From Pseudomonadota bacterium (GTDB taxonomy: Bacteria; Desulfobacterota; Desulfobacteria; Desulfobacterales; RPRI01): a stretch of DNA of 16,878 nucleotides. The notes beneath the pieces are model-generated. The model saw only the letters and a program-made list of their open reading frames with translations. It ran no database searches and was not told the DNA's origin. The stretch is from contig JBDRRF010000073.1 in NCBI GenBank assembly GCA_043825875.1, forward strand, positions 1 through 16,878, in the 5' to 3' direction. Shown piece after piece: positions 7,836-16,662 of this stretch (within the stretch, counting starts at the first letter, position 1; each line of letters starts with the position of its first letter). Position numbers and translations under genes: made by a program.

Positions 7836-9416
7836 TTAAAGCTCAAGAAGCGTAATAGTCTTAACCAGCGGCAATGCTCTTAATTCTTCAAGCGCGGATT
7901 CGGGAATCGGCAAATCGGTTTTAAGCAATATGATATTTCTCTCTCCTTCCTCCTCCTGCCCCACTTGCATTCTTCCTATATTAATACTGTTCTTGCCAAG
8001 AACGGTTCCAATACTTCCGATTGCGCCGGGTTTGTCAAGATTTTGGACTAAGGCAAGATGTCCGCTTGGATGCATCTCAAGTCTGAAATTGTTTATTCTT
8101 ACAATTCTCGGGTCTTTTTTACCAAAAATGGTACCCGCAACTACGTAAGTTTTATCTGGAGTGATACCTTTTATTGTAATAAGATTAATAAAATCTTCGG
8201 AATCGGCTGCCACGGTTTCAGTAACTTTTATGCCTCTTTCCTTTGCGATAAAATTGGCATTAACAAAATTAACATCATCTTTTACAACAGGTACGAGCAA
8301 ACCTCTTAAAACGGCTGTTGAAACAGGAGACATGTCAAGATCATCGAAATTGCCTGTATATTCGATGATAATTTCCTTAAAAGGTCCTTTCGAAAGTTGG
8401 GTAAGCAGGCTTCCCATTTTATCAGCAAGCGATAAAAACGGCCCGATTTTTTTCAACAGTTCTCCGGTAACAGAAGGAACATTAACCGCATTTGCAATTG
8501 TGCCGTTTTTTAAATAGTCAATTATCTGGCCTGCAACAGCTGTAGCTACATTTACCTGGGCTTCCTGTGTGGAAGCTCCAAGATGCGGTGTGCATATAAC
8601 CCTGTCCAGCTCAAAGAGAGGAGATGCGCCAGGAGGCTCTTTTTCAAAAACATCTAAAGCTGTTCCAGCAACCTTGCCTGATTTTATGGCATTATACAGA
8701 TCCTCTTCATTAACTATTCCGCCCCTGGCACAGTTAATTATCATCACTCCGTTTTTCATTTTATCAAATGCATCTTTGTTAAGCAGATTCAGTGTATCTT
8801 TCAGTTTAGGAACATGAACTGTAATATAATCTGCTTTGGCATATAAATCATCGAGAGTAACGTATGTGTATCCGGCTTTTTCAATTTGTTCCGGAGTAAC
8901 AAAAGGATCATATACAACAACTTGCATTTTAAGGCCACGCGCACGGTCGGCAACAATTGAGCCGATCTTTCCAAAGCCGATTATGCCCAGGATTTTATTG
9001 TATAGTTCGCGGCCTTCAAGATTTTTCTTTTCCCATTTCCCTGCTTTAAGAGAAGCAGTTCCCCATGGAATGTTTCTTGTCATGGACATCATCATTGCAA
9101 TTGCATGTTCTGCTGTTGTAATAACATTTCCTCCCGGAGTATTCATTACAATCACACCATGTTTGGTAGCAGCAGGGATATCGACATTATCAAGACCGAT
9201 TCCCGCTCTGCCGACAACCTTAAGTTGCTTTGCTGCGCTTAAAAGATCGGCCGTAACTTTTGTGGCGCTTCTTATGGCAAGACCATCATAATCACCTATA
9301 ATTTTTTTGAGATCTTCGGGAGACAAACCGGGTTTGAAATCAACTTCAATTCCATCTTCATCCTGAAACATCTGGATTCCTACAGGATCCAGATTATCGC
9401 TTACAAGTACTTTCAT
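7836..9416 (-). CDS. serA: D-3-phosphoglycerate dehydrogenase (long type, ASB + ACT domains)
   Basis: IRSATKVT, GRAGIGLDNVD, GIIGFGKIG Rossmann motif, INCARGG, ALDVFEKEP, TPHLGASTQEAQ, C-terminal ACT (DKPGAIGSIG..LG..INI). Start taken as ATG 9416 with GAGAGG SD. Confidence 0.96.
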   Translation of the reverse strand: MKVLVSDNLDPVGIQMFQDEDGIEVDFKPGLSPEDLKKIIGDYDGLAIRSATKVTADLLSAAKQLKVVGRAGIGLDNVDIPAATKHGVIVMNTPGGNVITTAEHAIAMMMSMTRNIPWGTASLKAGKWEKKNLEGRELYNKILGIIGFGKIGSIVADRARGLKMQVVVYDPFVTPEQIEKAGYTYVTLDDLYAKADYITVHVPKLKDTLNLLNKDAFDKMKNGVMIINCARGGIVNEEDLYNAIKSGKVAGTALDVFEKEPPGASPLFELDRVICTPHLGASTQEAQVNVATAVAGQIIDYLKNGTIANAVNVPSVTGELLKKIGPFLSLADKMGSLLTQLSKGPFKEIIIEYTGNFDDLDMSPVSTAVLRGLLVPVVKDDVNFVNANFIAKERGIKVTETVAADSEDFINLITIKGITPDKTYVVAGTIFGKKDPRIVRINNFRLEMHPSGHLALVQNLDKPGAIGSIGTVLGKNSINIGRMQVGQEEEGERNIILLKTDLPIPESALEELRALPLVKTITLLEL

Positions 9417-9525
9417 TATTTTTCCTCTCAATATTCTTTATAGAATAATAAACACGTAGTAGCCAAATATCTAAATGACCCGTTTTTATCCTGTACTATG
9501 ATACATAACCCATTTTTAATTTTAA

Positions 9526-9554
9526 AATATAAGATAAGCGCGGGCTATTGTCAA
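9526..9554 (-). promoter_or_regulatory. sigma70 promoter for serA
   Basis: Minus strand TTGACA (9554-9549), 17-nt spacer, TATATT (9531-9526). Confidence 0.7.
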
Positions 9555-9678
9555 ATTATCATAATTACCAGCAGCAATTCTTAGCGAAAGTGATTTTTGA
9601 TAATCAGAGGTTTCATGACAAGGCATAAAATGGGAGCTGTTACCATCTGGTTATAACAGGATTTTTTTATCTTTTGTT

Positions 9679-10623
9679 TTAATAGTTTTCTATATCTTTT
9701 TTGTCCTGATAAAATTTTCCCTGCCATGAATTTCTGTTTTCCAGTATGTCTTTAATTAGAAAGAGCGTTTCCGACTTTTCCAGAGACCAAAGCGGTGCTA
9801 AAAGTTCTTTAGGGTGAGGATCTCCTGTCAGGCGATGGATAACCATATTTTCCGGAAGAAGCTCAATAAAATCACATACAAGCTGTACATATTCATCCTG
9901 TTCAAGGCATCTGTAGCTGCCACTTAAATAAAGATCCTCCATTTTTGTGCCTTTAACAACATATAAAAGATGAAGTTTAATCCCATCTATTTTAAGCTTT
10001 GCCAAAGCTTTTGCCGTTTTTAGCATATGTGTTTTTTCTTCTCCGGGAAGACCTAAAATAACATGAGCACAGATCTTTATGCCTCTGCCTTTGGTCATAT
10101 TTACAGCGTTTACAAAACAATTAAAATCATGCCCTCTGTTGATCAGCAAAAGTGTTTCATCGTGGATGGATTGTAATCCATATTCAACCCATATATGATA
10201 ATTTTTTGCATAATTTTCAAGAAGCTTAAGCACAGAATCATTAATGCAATCCGGCCTTGTTCCAATTGCAAGGCCTGCAATATTTTCAACAGACAATGCT
10301 TCATCATAAATGCTTTTTAGCTTTTCGTAAGAAGCATAGGTATTAGAAAATGCCTGGAAGTATGCTAAGAATTTTTCTGCTTTAAACCTTTTTGAAACAG
10401 CGGCTTTTCCCGCTATAAGCTGCTGGGTTATAGAAAGCCCTTTAGCGTGAGCGCCTGTGCCGGAACCCCGTGCATTGCAGTAAATACAGCCTCCGTTTGA
10501 GATTGTACCGTCCCTGTTAGGGCAATTAAGTCCTGCATCAACTGTGATTTTATGTGTCCTGCACCCGAATATATTTCTAAAATATGAATTTAAATCATAA
10601 TATCTGTTTTTCAAAATATACAT
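9679..10623 (-). CDS. TIGR01212 family radical SAM protein (YhcC / YtqA-MnmL-like)
   Basis: DAGLNCPNRDG..SNGGCIYC extended cysteine motif, YFQAFSNTY, IGTRPDC, VEYGLQS, INRGH, HVILGLPGE, GIKLHLL, HRLTGD. Confidence 0.92.
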   Translation of the reverse strand: MYILKNRYYDLNSYFRNIFGCRTHKITVDAGLNCPNRDGTISNGGCIYCNARGSGTGAHAKGLSITQQLIAGKAAVSKRFKAEKFLAYFQAFSNTYASYEKLKSIYDEALSVENIAGLAIGTRPDCINDSVLKLLENYAKNYHIWVEYGLQSIHDETLLLINRGHDFNCFVNAVNMTKGRGIKICAHVILGLPGEEKTHMLKTAKALAKLKIDGIKLHLLYVVKGTKMEDLYLSGSYRCLEQDEYVQLVCDFIELLPENMVIHRLTGDPHPKELLAPLWSLEKSETLFLIKDILENRNSWQGKFYQDKKDIENY

Positions 10624-10737
10624 CCAGTCTTGATTTGATTTGAATACGATTATATATAGTACAAATATAAAAGGGAAGATGATTTTTTTTTAATTTATAA
10701 AACCGCAACAATTTATACCGCGTAAATATGGGAGATA

Positions 10738-12642
10738 ATGAATTCTTACTCTAAACATTATGACATTATCGTAGTTGGTGCAGGACATGCCGGATGTGAA
10801 GCAGCACTTGCCGCAGCAAGGATGGGTTGCAGTGTTCTTCTTGTTGCAATAGATATTGACAAGCTCGCTGCTATGCCGTGCAGCCCTTCTATCGGAGGAA
10901 TGGCTAAAGGGCAGCTTGTAAAAGAAATAGATGCTCTTGGCGGGGAAATGGCACGAGCTGCTGATAAGAGCGCAATACAGTACAGAACACTAAACACCAG
11001 AAAAGGACCTGCTGTTCATTCATCCAGAACCCAGAATGATAAATTACGCTATCACATAGCCATGAAAGCTGTTGTTGAAAAACAAGCAAATCTGGATCTA
11101 AAGCAGGTATTTGCAGAACGTCTTGTTGTGGAAAACGGGAAAATAGCGGGTATTATGGATTATACAGGTTTTTGTTATATGGCAAAAGCCGTAGTTCTTG
11201 CTACCGGAACTTTTTTAAGCGGGCTTATTCATATTGGTTCTAAATCCATGAAAGCAGGAAGAGCCGGAGAATTTGCCTCTTATGACCTTGCACAAAATCT
11301 GAAAGAGCTTGGGTTTAACCTTGGGAGAATGAAAACCGGAACTCCTCCGAGACTAAAGAAATCAAGCATTGATTTTACCGCTTTTACAAGACAGGATTCG
11401 GAGTGTAATCCAACACCTTTTTCGGTTTTTACAAAAGACATTTTACTGCCTCAATCACCAAGCTATATGGGCCATACAAGCACAAGAAGCCGTGAAATAG
11501 TATTGAATAACCTTAAGTATTCTGCATTATATGGCGGCATAATCAAAGGTGTGTCGGCAAGATATTGCCCTTCTTTTGAAGACAAGATTGTAAAATTTCC
11601 GGAAAGAGAAACTCATCATGTAATACTTGAGCCGGAAGGGCTTGATACTGAAGAAATATATGCAAGCGGTCTTGGCAACAGTCTTCCTATCGAAGTGCAA
11701 ATTCAACTTGTAAGATCAGTAAAAGGGCTCGAAGAAGCACAAATAATAAGGCCTGCTTATGCTATTGAATATGATTATATAAACCCTGTCCAGCTCAAAC
11801 AAACGCTTGAAACAAAGCTGATCCCAGGGCTTTTTCTGGCCGGTCAGATTAACGGTACTTCAGGTTATGAAGAAGCAGCAGCCCAGGGTTTATGGGCAGG
11901 GATAAATGCTGCTTGCATTGTTCAAAAAAGGCCTCCTTTTATTCCGGACAGATCCCAGGCTTATATGGCTGTAATGGTTGACGACCTTGTTACAAAAGGC
12001 ACCTGTGAGCCTTACCGTATGTTTACGTCAAGAGCTGAATACAGGCTTATGCTACGAGAAGACAATGCCGATCTAAGGCTTATGGAGTCAGGATACGAGC
12101 TGGGATTAATTGATGATGATACCATTATAAAATTACATGAACACAAAAAGCAAATTGAAGCTGAATTAAAAAGAATTAAGAGTATAGTTATAAAGCCATC
12201 TAAAGAAGTGAATGAATATCTAGAAGGAAGGGGCACAAACCCTATAACTAATGGCATTTATTTGGAGCAGCTTTTAAAAAGAACACAGCTTGATTATAGT
12301 GCTGTTTGTATTCTTGCGGGTGATTGTATAAATTTAGACGCAAGAGTAACTAAGCAGGTTGAAATAGGAATCAAATATGAAGGCTATATTGAAAGACAGC
12401 GAAAAGAAATTGAAAAGTTTAAAAATCTGGAAAAAATAAAAATTCAAGCCGGTTTTGATTTTTCAAATGTTCATGGATTATCAAATGAACTTAAAGAAAA
12501 ACTTACTGAAATAAAACCCGTTTCCCTTGGCCAGGCTTCACGGATTGACGGTATGACGCCGGCTGCTGTTTCAGTGCTTATGATAGCAATAAAGGCTTTC
12601 GAACGCAGACAGCAAGTACCTGATAAAAAACTTAATTTTTGA
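10738..12642 (+). CDS. mnmG: tRNA uridine-5-carboxymethylaminomethyl(34) synthesis enzyme MnmG (GidA)
   Basis: [15 protein letters not shown] motif, [70 protein letters not shown]. Confidence 0.98.
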   Translation: MNSYSKHYDIIVVGAGHAGCEAALAAARMGCSVLLVAIDIDKLAAMPCSPSIGGMAKGQLVKEIDALGGEMARAADKSAIQYRTLNTRKGPAVHSSRTQNDKLRYHIAMKAVVEKQANLDLKQVFAERLVVENGKIAGIMDYTGFCYMAKAVVLATGTFLSGLIHIGSKSMKAGRAGEFASYDLAQNLKELGFNLGRMKTGTPPRLKKSSIDFTAFTRQDSECNPTPFSVFTKDILLPQSPSYMGHTSTRSREIVLNNLKYSALYGGIIKGVSARYCPSFEDKIVKFPERETHHVILEPEGLDTEEIYASGLGNSLPIEVQIQLVRSVKGLEEAQIIRPAYAIEYDYINPVQLKQTLETKLIPGLFLAGQINGTSGYEEAAAQGLWAGINAACIVQKRPPFIPDRSQAYMAVMVDDLVTKGTCEPYRMFTSRAEYRLMLREDNADLRLMESGYELGLIDDDTIIKLHEHKKQIEAELKRIKSIVIKPSKEVNEYLEGRGTNPITNGIYLEQLLKRTQLDYSAVCILAGDCINLDARVTKQVEIGIKYEGYIERQRKEIEKFKNLEKIKIQAGFDFSNVHGLSNELKEKLTEIKPVSLGQASRIDGMTPAAVSVLMIAIKAFERRQQVPDKKLNF

Positions 12643-12660
12643 TAGATTATTGCATGATTC

Positions 12661-12689
12661 TTGACAGGTTTTGGCTTTAACCTTACTAT
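12661..12689 (+). promoter_or_regulatory. sigma70-type promoter for the DnaJ-like gene
   Basis: TTGACA (12661-12666), 17-nt spacer, TACTAT (12684-12689); an overlapping TATAAT lies at 12687-12692. Confidence 0.65.
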
Positions 12690-12790
12690 AATAGTTTAAA
12701 ATTGTTATTTGATTATTTAAACAAAATAATTATATTAAGATTAATAGTAATTATTTAAAGTTCATCGAACAATAATAAAAGGGAATTTAT

Positions 12791-13705
12791 ATGGCCGAGA
12801 CCACTTATTATAAAGAGCTTGGTGTCGAAAAAACTGCTACTGATGATGAGATTAAAAAGGCATACAGAAAACTTGCTATGAAATATCACCCTGACCATGC
12901 AAAGGATGATAAAAGTTCCGAAGAAAAATTCAAAAAAATCAGCGAAGCCTATGCAGTTTTAAGCGATAAGGAAAAACGAAAGCAATATGACGAATTCGGA
13001 TCAACTGCTTTTAATCAAAAATATTCACAGGAAGATATTTTCAGAGGCTTTGATTTCAGTGATATTTTAAGAGAGTTTGGTATTGGTGGTGGTGGAGCTT
13101 TTTCCGGCAGAGGAGGCGGCAGGCGGGCTACATACGGAGGAGGCTCACCTTTTGGAAATTTTTCCGCTTACCAGCAGCAGGCTCACGGACAGGATCTGGT
13201 TTACGAACTTCCTTTGACATTGGAAGAGGTTGCAAAAGGCACTACAAAAGTTATCAGTTTCAGGCATGACAAACGTTCGGAGAAACTTACCGTTAAAATA
13301 CCAAAAGGAATGCTGTCGGGCAAGAAACTGCGTCTTGCGGGCAAGGGAGAGCCCGGCCCATATGGCACAGAACCCGGCGACCTTTATATCCAGGCAAAGG
13401 TTTTGGATAATCCTTTATACACTGTAAAGGAACATAACCTTTATATTGAAAAAAGCATTAAGCTTACCGAAGCTGTTATTGGAACAAAAATATCTATTCC
13501 AACAATTGAAGGCAAGGAACTAAACCTTAAAATACCTCCTGCTACAAAACATGGAACAAAAATGCGTCTTGCCGGTCATGGACTTCCTCAAATGAATGAT
13601 AAAAAAAAAGGCGACCTATACGTTTCCATCAATATCATTATCCCAAAAAGCCTGACTTCGGAACAGAAGGAATTGATAGAAAAACTTGCTGCAACAGGCA
13701 TATAA
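12791..13705 (+). CDS. Class B DnaJ / CbpA-like co-chaperone (J domain, G/F region, C-terminal domain, no Zn finger)
   Basis: [31 protein letters not shown]-rich linker, LRLAGKG..GDLY repeated twice; no CxxCxGxG motifs. Confidence 0.93.
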   Translation: MAETTYYKELGVEKTATDDEIKKAYRKLAMKYHPDHAKDDKSSEEKFKKISEAYAVLSDKEKRKQYDEFGSTAFNQKYSQEDIFRGFDFSDILREFGIGGGGAFSGRGGGRRATYGGGSPFGNFSAYQQQAHGQDLVYELPLTLEEVAKGTTKVISFRHDKRSEKLTVKIPKGMLSGKKLRLAGKGEPGPYGTEPGDLYIQAKVLDNPLYTVKEHNLYIEKSIKLTEAVIGTKISIPTIEGKELNLKIPPATKHGTKMRLAGHGLPQMNDKKKGDLYVSINIIIPKSLTSEQKELIEKLAATGI

Positions 13706-13718
13706 CGAATTAAATTAA

Positions 13719-13747
13719 TTGACAGGAAGCCTTGATAAATGTATTAA
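13719..13747 (+). promoter_or_regulatory. Candidate sigma70 promoter for hpt and the downstream gene
   Basis: TTGACA (13719-13724), 17-nt spacer, TATTAA (13742-13747). Confidence 0.5.
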
Positions 13748-13832
13748 AAACCTTAAAAAGGTAATTAAATAATACTTTGTTATTCGCATCATTTTTTTTG
13801 TGTTTTCGCTAAAAGTCATTTTGGACTTACAT

Positions 13833-14351
13833 ATGCATGAACTGATTCCTCTTTTAAAAAAAGATGTTATATATATGAAAGTTGCTGAGGTTGCCCGCAG
13901 AATTTCAGCAGATTATAAAGATTCAGAACTTGTTCTTGTGGGGATTTTAAAAGGTGCTTTTGTTTTCATGTCCGATCTTATGAGATGCCTTACAATTCCT
14001 GTTGAGGTTGATTTTATAGGTACTTCAAGTTATGGTTCCGATACCAATAGTTCCGGTAAGATAAATTTGACCAAACAACTTGATATTGATATAAAAAAGA
14101 AGAATGTCCTGATTATTGAAGATATAGTTGATACGGGAAGTACTTTAGTTTATCTTATTAACTATTTAAAATCTTTTGCTCCAAAGAGTATAAAAATTTG
14201 TGCTTTGCTGGATAAGCATGAACGCCGAAAAGCAGATATTAAAGTAGACTATTCATGCTATGTAATTGAAAGCGGATTTCTTGTTGGATACGGTCTTGAT
14301 TACGCCGAAAAGTACAGAAATCTGCCAGATATTTACCAGCTCAAACTTTAA
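13833..14351 (+). CDS. hpt: Hypoxanthine phosphoribosyltransferase
   Basis: VGILKGAFVFMSDL, SSYG, VLIIEDIVDTGSTL PRPP motif, LLDK, FLVGYGLDYAEKYRNLP. ATG 13833 (GGA upstream) preferred over 13800. Confidence 0.96.
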   Translation: MHELIPLLKKDVIYMKVAEVARRISADYKDSELVLVGILKGAFVFMSDLMRCLTIPVEVDFIGTSSYGSDTNSSGKINLTKQLDIDIKKKNVLIIEDIVDTGSTLVYLINYLKSFAPKSIKICALLDKHERRKADIKVDYSCYVIESGFLVGYGLDYAEKYRNLPDIYQLKL

Positions 14352-14365
14352 GCAGGGGGTATGCC

Positions 14366-16372
14366 ATGATAGTTACCTGTAAGGGTTGCAGTACCAGTTT
14401 TAATTTGGAAGATGAACGAGTAAAAAAAACGGGATCAAAAGCCAGGTGTTCAATATGCAAAATTATTTTTATGGTATATCCACCTGTTGCCATAGAAGAA
14501 CAGGATCTCCCGGAGAGTACCGAAAAACAAGAGTTAGGAGTACCTCCGGTAAAGGAAGAAAGCTTTTCTTTTTCTGATTCGGAAGTTAGTGAAGCTATAG
14601 AAGAAGAAGTAAAGCCCGAGGTTGAAGAAGTTGCGCAAAGTGATCAAGGAGATAAATTACCCGGGGAAGAAGAGCTTGACTTTACAGATTTAAGTATAAG
14701 CCTTGAGAAACAAGAAGTTGTTTCAACTGATGTTTCAGCTGACAGCAGCGATGAAAAACTTGAACTTTCTGATCCCGAAGACCTTAATATCTCAGAGTTT
14801 GATGAAGCCTTAGAAAAAGAAGAAGTAAAGCCAGAGGTTGAAGAAGTTGCGCAAAGCGATCAAGAGGATAAATTATCCGGGGAAGAAGAACTTGACTTTG
14901 CGGATTTAAACGAAAGCCTTGAAATGGGAGAAGTTGCTTCGACTGCTGATAGCAGAGAAAAGCCTGAAACTTCAGATTCCGAAGAAATAGATTTTTCTGA
15001 GCTTGAGAAAATGCTTGAAAACGGTGAAATCAGTTTTGACAATCTTCTGTCTGAAGATAATGATAATAAAAATGAATTAAAATTTAGTGACACAGAGGAG
15101 ATTGATCTTTCTGAGATAGATGCAGCAATTGATAATTTCGAAGATTTGGATTTAGAGGAAATAGAAGATGATACAAAAGAATTAAAATTAGAATTTGAAA
15201 ACGATCTGGACTCTCAGATTATAAAAAGTAACGGCGTGGAAGAACTGGATTTCTCCGATTTGGAAAGCATGCCTGATGTTGAAGAAACTTCAGATTCCAC
15301 GGAAGATGACAATAAAACAGCCGACCTTACACTTAACTTAGATATAGAACCAGAGTCTGTTACACAAACGACTGAGGAAGAACCTGATGAGCTTGATTTT
15401 TCCGATTTGGAAAAAATGCTCGATAATGAAACAGGCACAGAGGAATCGGTTGTTAATCCTGCCGAAGATACTTCTGAATTGACTTTAGAAATGGATATGC
15501 CTTCAGATAGCAAGCAGAATCTTAATTTTGAAGATACAGTCGCTTTGGATGAGGATACCCTTGATTTTTCCGATCTGGAAAAAATGCTTGATAAAGAAAC
15601 AATTACAGATGAGCCAGTCGAAGAACTTTCAGATGAGACACTCGAAGTATCTATAGAGACTGAAGAATCAGATAATCAGGAAGCTGATTATCTGGCAACA
15701 ACTGTCGCTATAGATGATACGAGGCACGATTCGCAACCAGATAAAGCTGAGCCTGGAGATATACATAAGCATGTGGCAGAAGATACAGTTATCGTAGGAG
15801 CGAAAAAACCATCCGGGAAGGTGGCACCCCCTCCAATAAAAAAGAAGTCTTTAGGTAAGCTTTTATTGATTTTAACTCTCATTGTGGTTTTGCTTATGGG
15901 GGCTGCTGCATTTATTTTTTTTAAACCTTTTGGAATTGAGGTCCCTTACGTCAGTGAATATATTGAATCCAAAATTGATAAAAACGGTAATTTAAAAATA
16001 ACACCTATACGTCCTTCTATTAAGGGAGATTTTGTTGATACAAAATCCGGAACTTTTTTTGTAGTTACAGGCAAAGTAAAAAATGATTATAGTCATCCAA
16101 GAAGTAACATTAAGGTGATAGGAGAAATCTTTACAAAGGGAAATCTTTACAAAGCCAAATCGGTTTATTGCGGCAATATTATATCCGAAGAAGATTTGTT
16201 GCAGATTGATCCGGCTATAATCCAAAGAAAGTTGCAAAACAGGCTTGGGGATAAGAAATCAAATATAAGTGTCAAGCCTGGAAGCATAATTCCATTTATG
16301 GTTATATTTGAAAATCCTTCATCCGATATAGATGAATTTAACGTAAATGTTGAAAGCTCAATTAAAGGATAA
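14366..16372 (+). CDS. Zinc-ribbon (MJ0042-type) / acidic repeat / single TM / DUF3426-like membrane protein (ZitP-like architecture)
   Basis: N-terminal CKGC...RCSICKIIF zinc ribbon; about 400-aa Asp/Glu-rich repeat region; basic stretch KKKS then a hydrophobic helix (about 15860-15922); C-terminal FVVTGKVKN...YCGN...PG..IPFMVIF domain; SD GGGGG. Confidence 0.8.
   Translation: MIVTCKGCSTSFNLEDERVKKTGSKARCSICKIIFMVYPPVAIEEQDLPESTEKQELGVPPVKEESFSFSDSEVSEAIEEEVKPEVEEVAQSDQGDKLPGEEELDFTDLSISLEKQEVVSTDVSADSSDEKLELSDPEDLNISEFDEALEKEEVKPEVEEVAQSDQEDKLSGEEELDFADLNESLEMGEVASTADSREKPETSDSEEIDFSELEKMLENGEISFDNLLSEDNDNKNELKFSDTEEIDLSEIDAAIDNFEDLDLEEIEDDTKELKLEFENDLDSQIIKSNGVEELDFSDLESMPDVEETSDSTEDDNKTADLTLNLDIEPESVTQTTEEEPDELDFSDLEKMLDNETGTEESVVNPAEDTSELTLEMDMPSDSKQNLNFEDTVALDEDTLDFSDLEKMLDKETITDEPVEELSDETLEVSIETEESDNQEADYLATTVAIDDTRHDSQPDKAEPGDIHKHVAEDTVIVGAKKPSGKVAPPPIKKKSLGKLLLILTLIVVLLMGAAAFIFFKPFGIEVPYVSEYIESKIDKNGNLKITPIRPSIKGDFVDTKSGTFFVVTGKVKNDYSHPRSNIKVIGEIFTKGNLYKAKSVYCGNIISEEDLLQIDPAIIQRKLQNRLGDKKSNISVKPGSIIPFMVIFENPSSDIDEFNVNVESSIKG
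14601..14909 (+). repeat. In-frame intragenic tandem duplication, 216-bp (72-aa) period
   Basis: 14601-14693 and 14817-14909 match at 85/93 nt by manual alignment (EEVKPEVEEVAQSDQ.DKL.GEEELDF.DL). Confidence 0.92.
15392..15594 (+). repeat. Repeated LDFSDLEKMLD-coding segment, 168-bp apart
   Basis: 15392-15426 vs 15560-15594 match at 33/35 nt; a more diverged copy lies near 15245-15272. Confidence 0.85.
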
Positions 16373-16393
16373 AAAAAAGAAATCGATTTCAGC

Positions 16394-16422
16394 TTGACTT
16401 AGGTAATGTGAGCTGGTAGAAG
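16394..16422 (+). promoter_or_regulatory. Candidate promoter for tRNA-Met
   Basis: TTGACT (16394-16399), 17-nt spacer ending TGG, TAGAAG (16417-16422), 15 nt before the tRNA. Confidence 0.55.
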
Positions 16423-16437
16423 GCCATTTCAAATTAG

Positions 16438-16514
16438 GGCGATGTAGCTCAGTCGGTTAGAGCATACGGCTCATATCCGTAGTGTCCGGGGTTCAAATCC
16501 CTGCATCGCCACCA
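16438..16514 (+). tRNA. tRNA-Met (CAT), probably elongator, CCA encoded
   Basis: GGCGATG-TA-GCTCAGTCGGTTAGAGC-A-TACGG-CTCATAT-CCGTA-GTGTC-CGGGG-TTCAAAT-CCCTG-CATCGCC-A-CCA. The paired G1-C72 and absence of GGG/CCC in the anticodon stem argue against initiator. The GGCG acceptor favours Met over Ile2. Confidence 0.93.
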
Positions 16515-16545
16515 TTTCATAATCCATCTATATCCAATATAGTCC

Positions 16546-16578
16546 AAAACCCGTTAGAAATAACGGGTTTTTTATTTT
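16546..16578 (+). terminator. Intrinsic terminator after tRNA-Met (potentially bidirectional)
   Basis: AAAACCCGTTA-GAAA-TAACGGGTTTT perfect 11-bp stem with a GNRA loop, followed by TTATTTT. Confidence 0.88.
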
Positions 16579-16662
16579 CATGTATAAAGTTCAAAATGAC
16601 ATTTATTCTAATTGTAACAAAGTCTCCGAATGCGGGTACCCTGAAAGTTAAAGTTATCTTTA

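Noticed and set aside
7930..9291. Series of + strand ORFs (72-151 aa) antisense to serA
   Set aside because: Shadow ORFs opposite a highly conserved gene, with no RBS or recognisable motifs. Antisense frames often stay open because of codon bias.
9496..9513. Five-codon uORF MGYVS in the serA leader as an attenuator peptide
   Set aside because: No SD, only one Ser codon, and no convincing terminator/antiterminator downstream.
12724..12756. AT-rich inverted repeat upstream of the DnaJ-like gene as a heat-shock operator
   Set aside because: Not a CIRCE (TTAGCACTC-N9-GAGTGCTAA); almost purely A/T, so likely by chance.
14601..15594. Spaced direct repeats considered as a CRISPR-like array
   Set aside because: The repeats are in frame within a long ORF, differ largely at synonymous positions, have irregular long spacing, and no cas genes are present.
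14860..16237. Ser-rich minus-strand ORFs within the 668-aa gene
   Set aside because: Reverse complement of GAA/GAT-rich codons; not independent genes.
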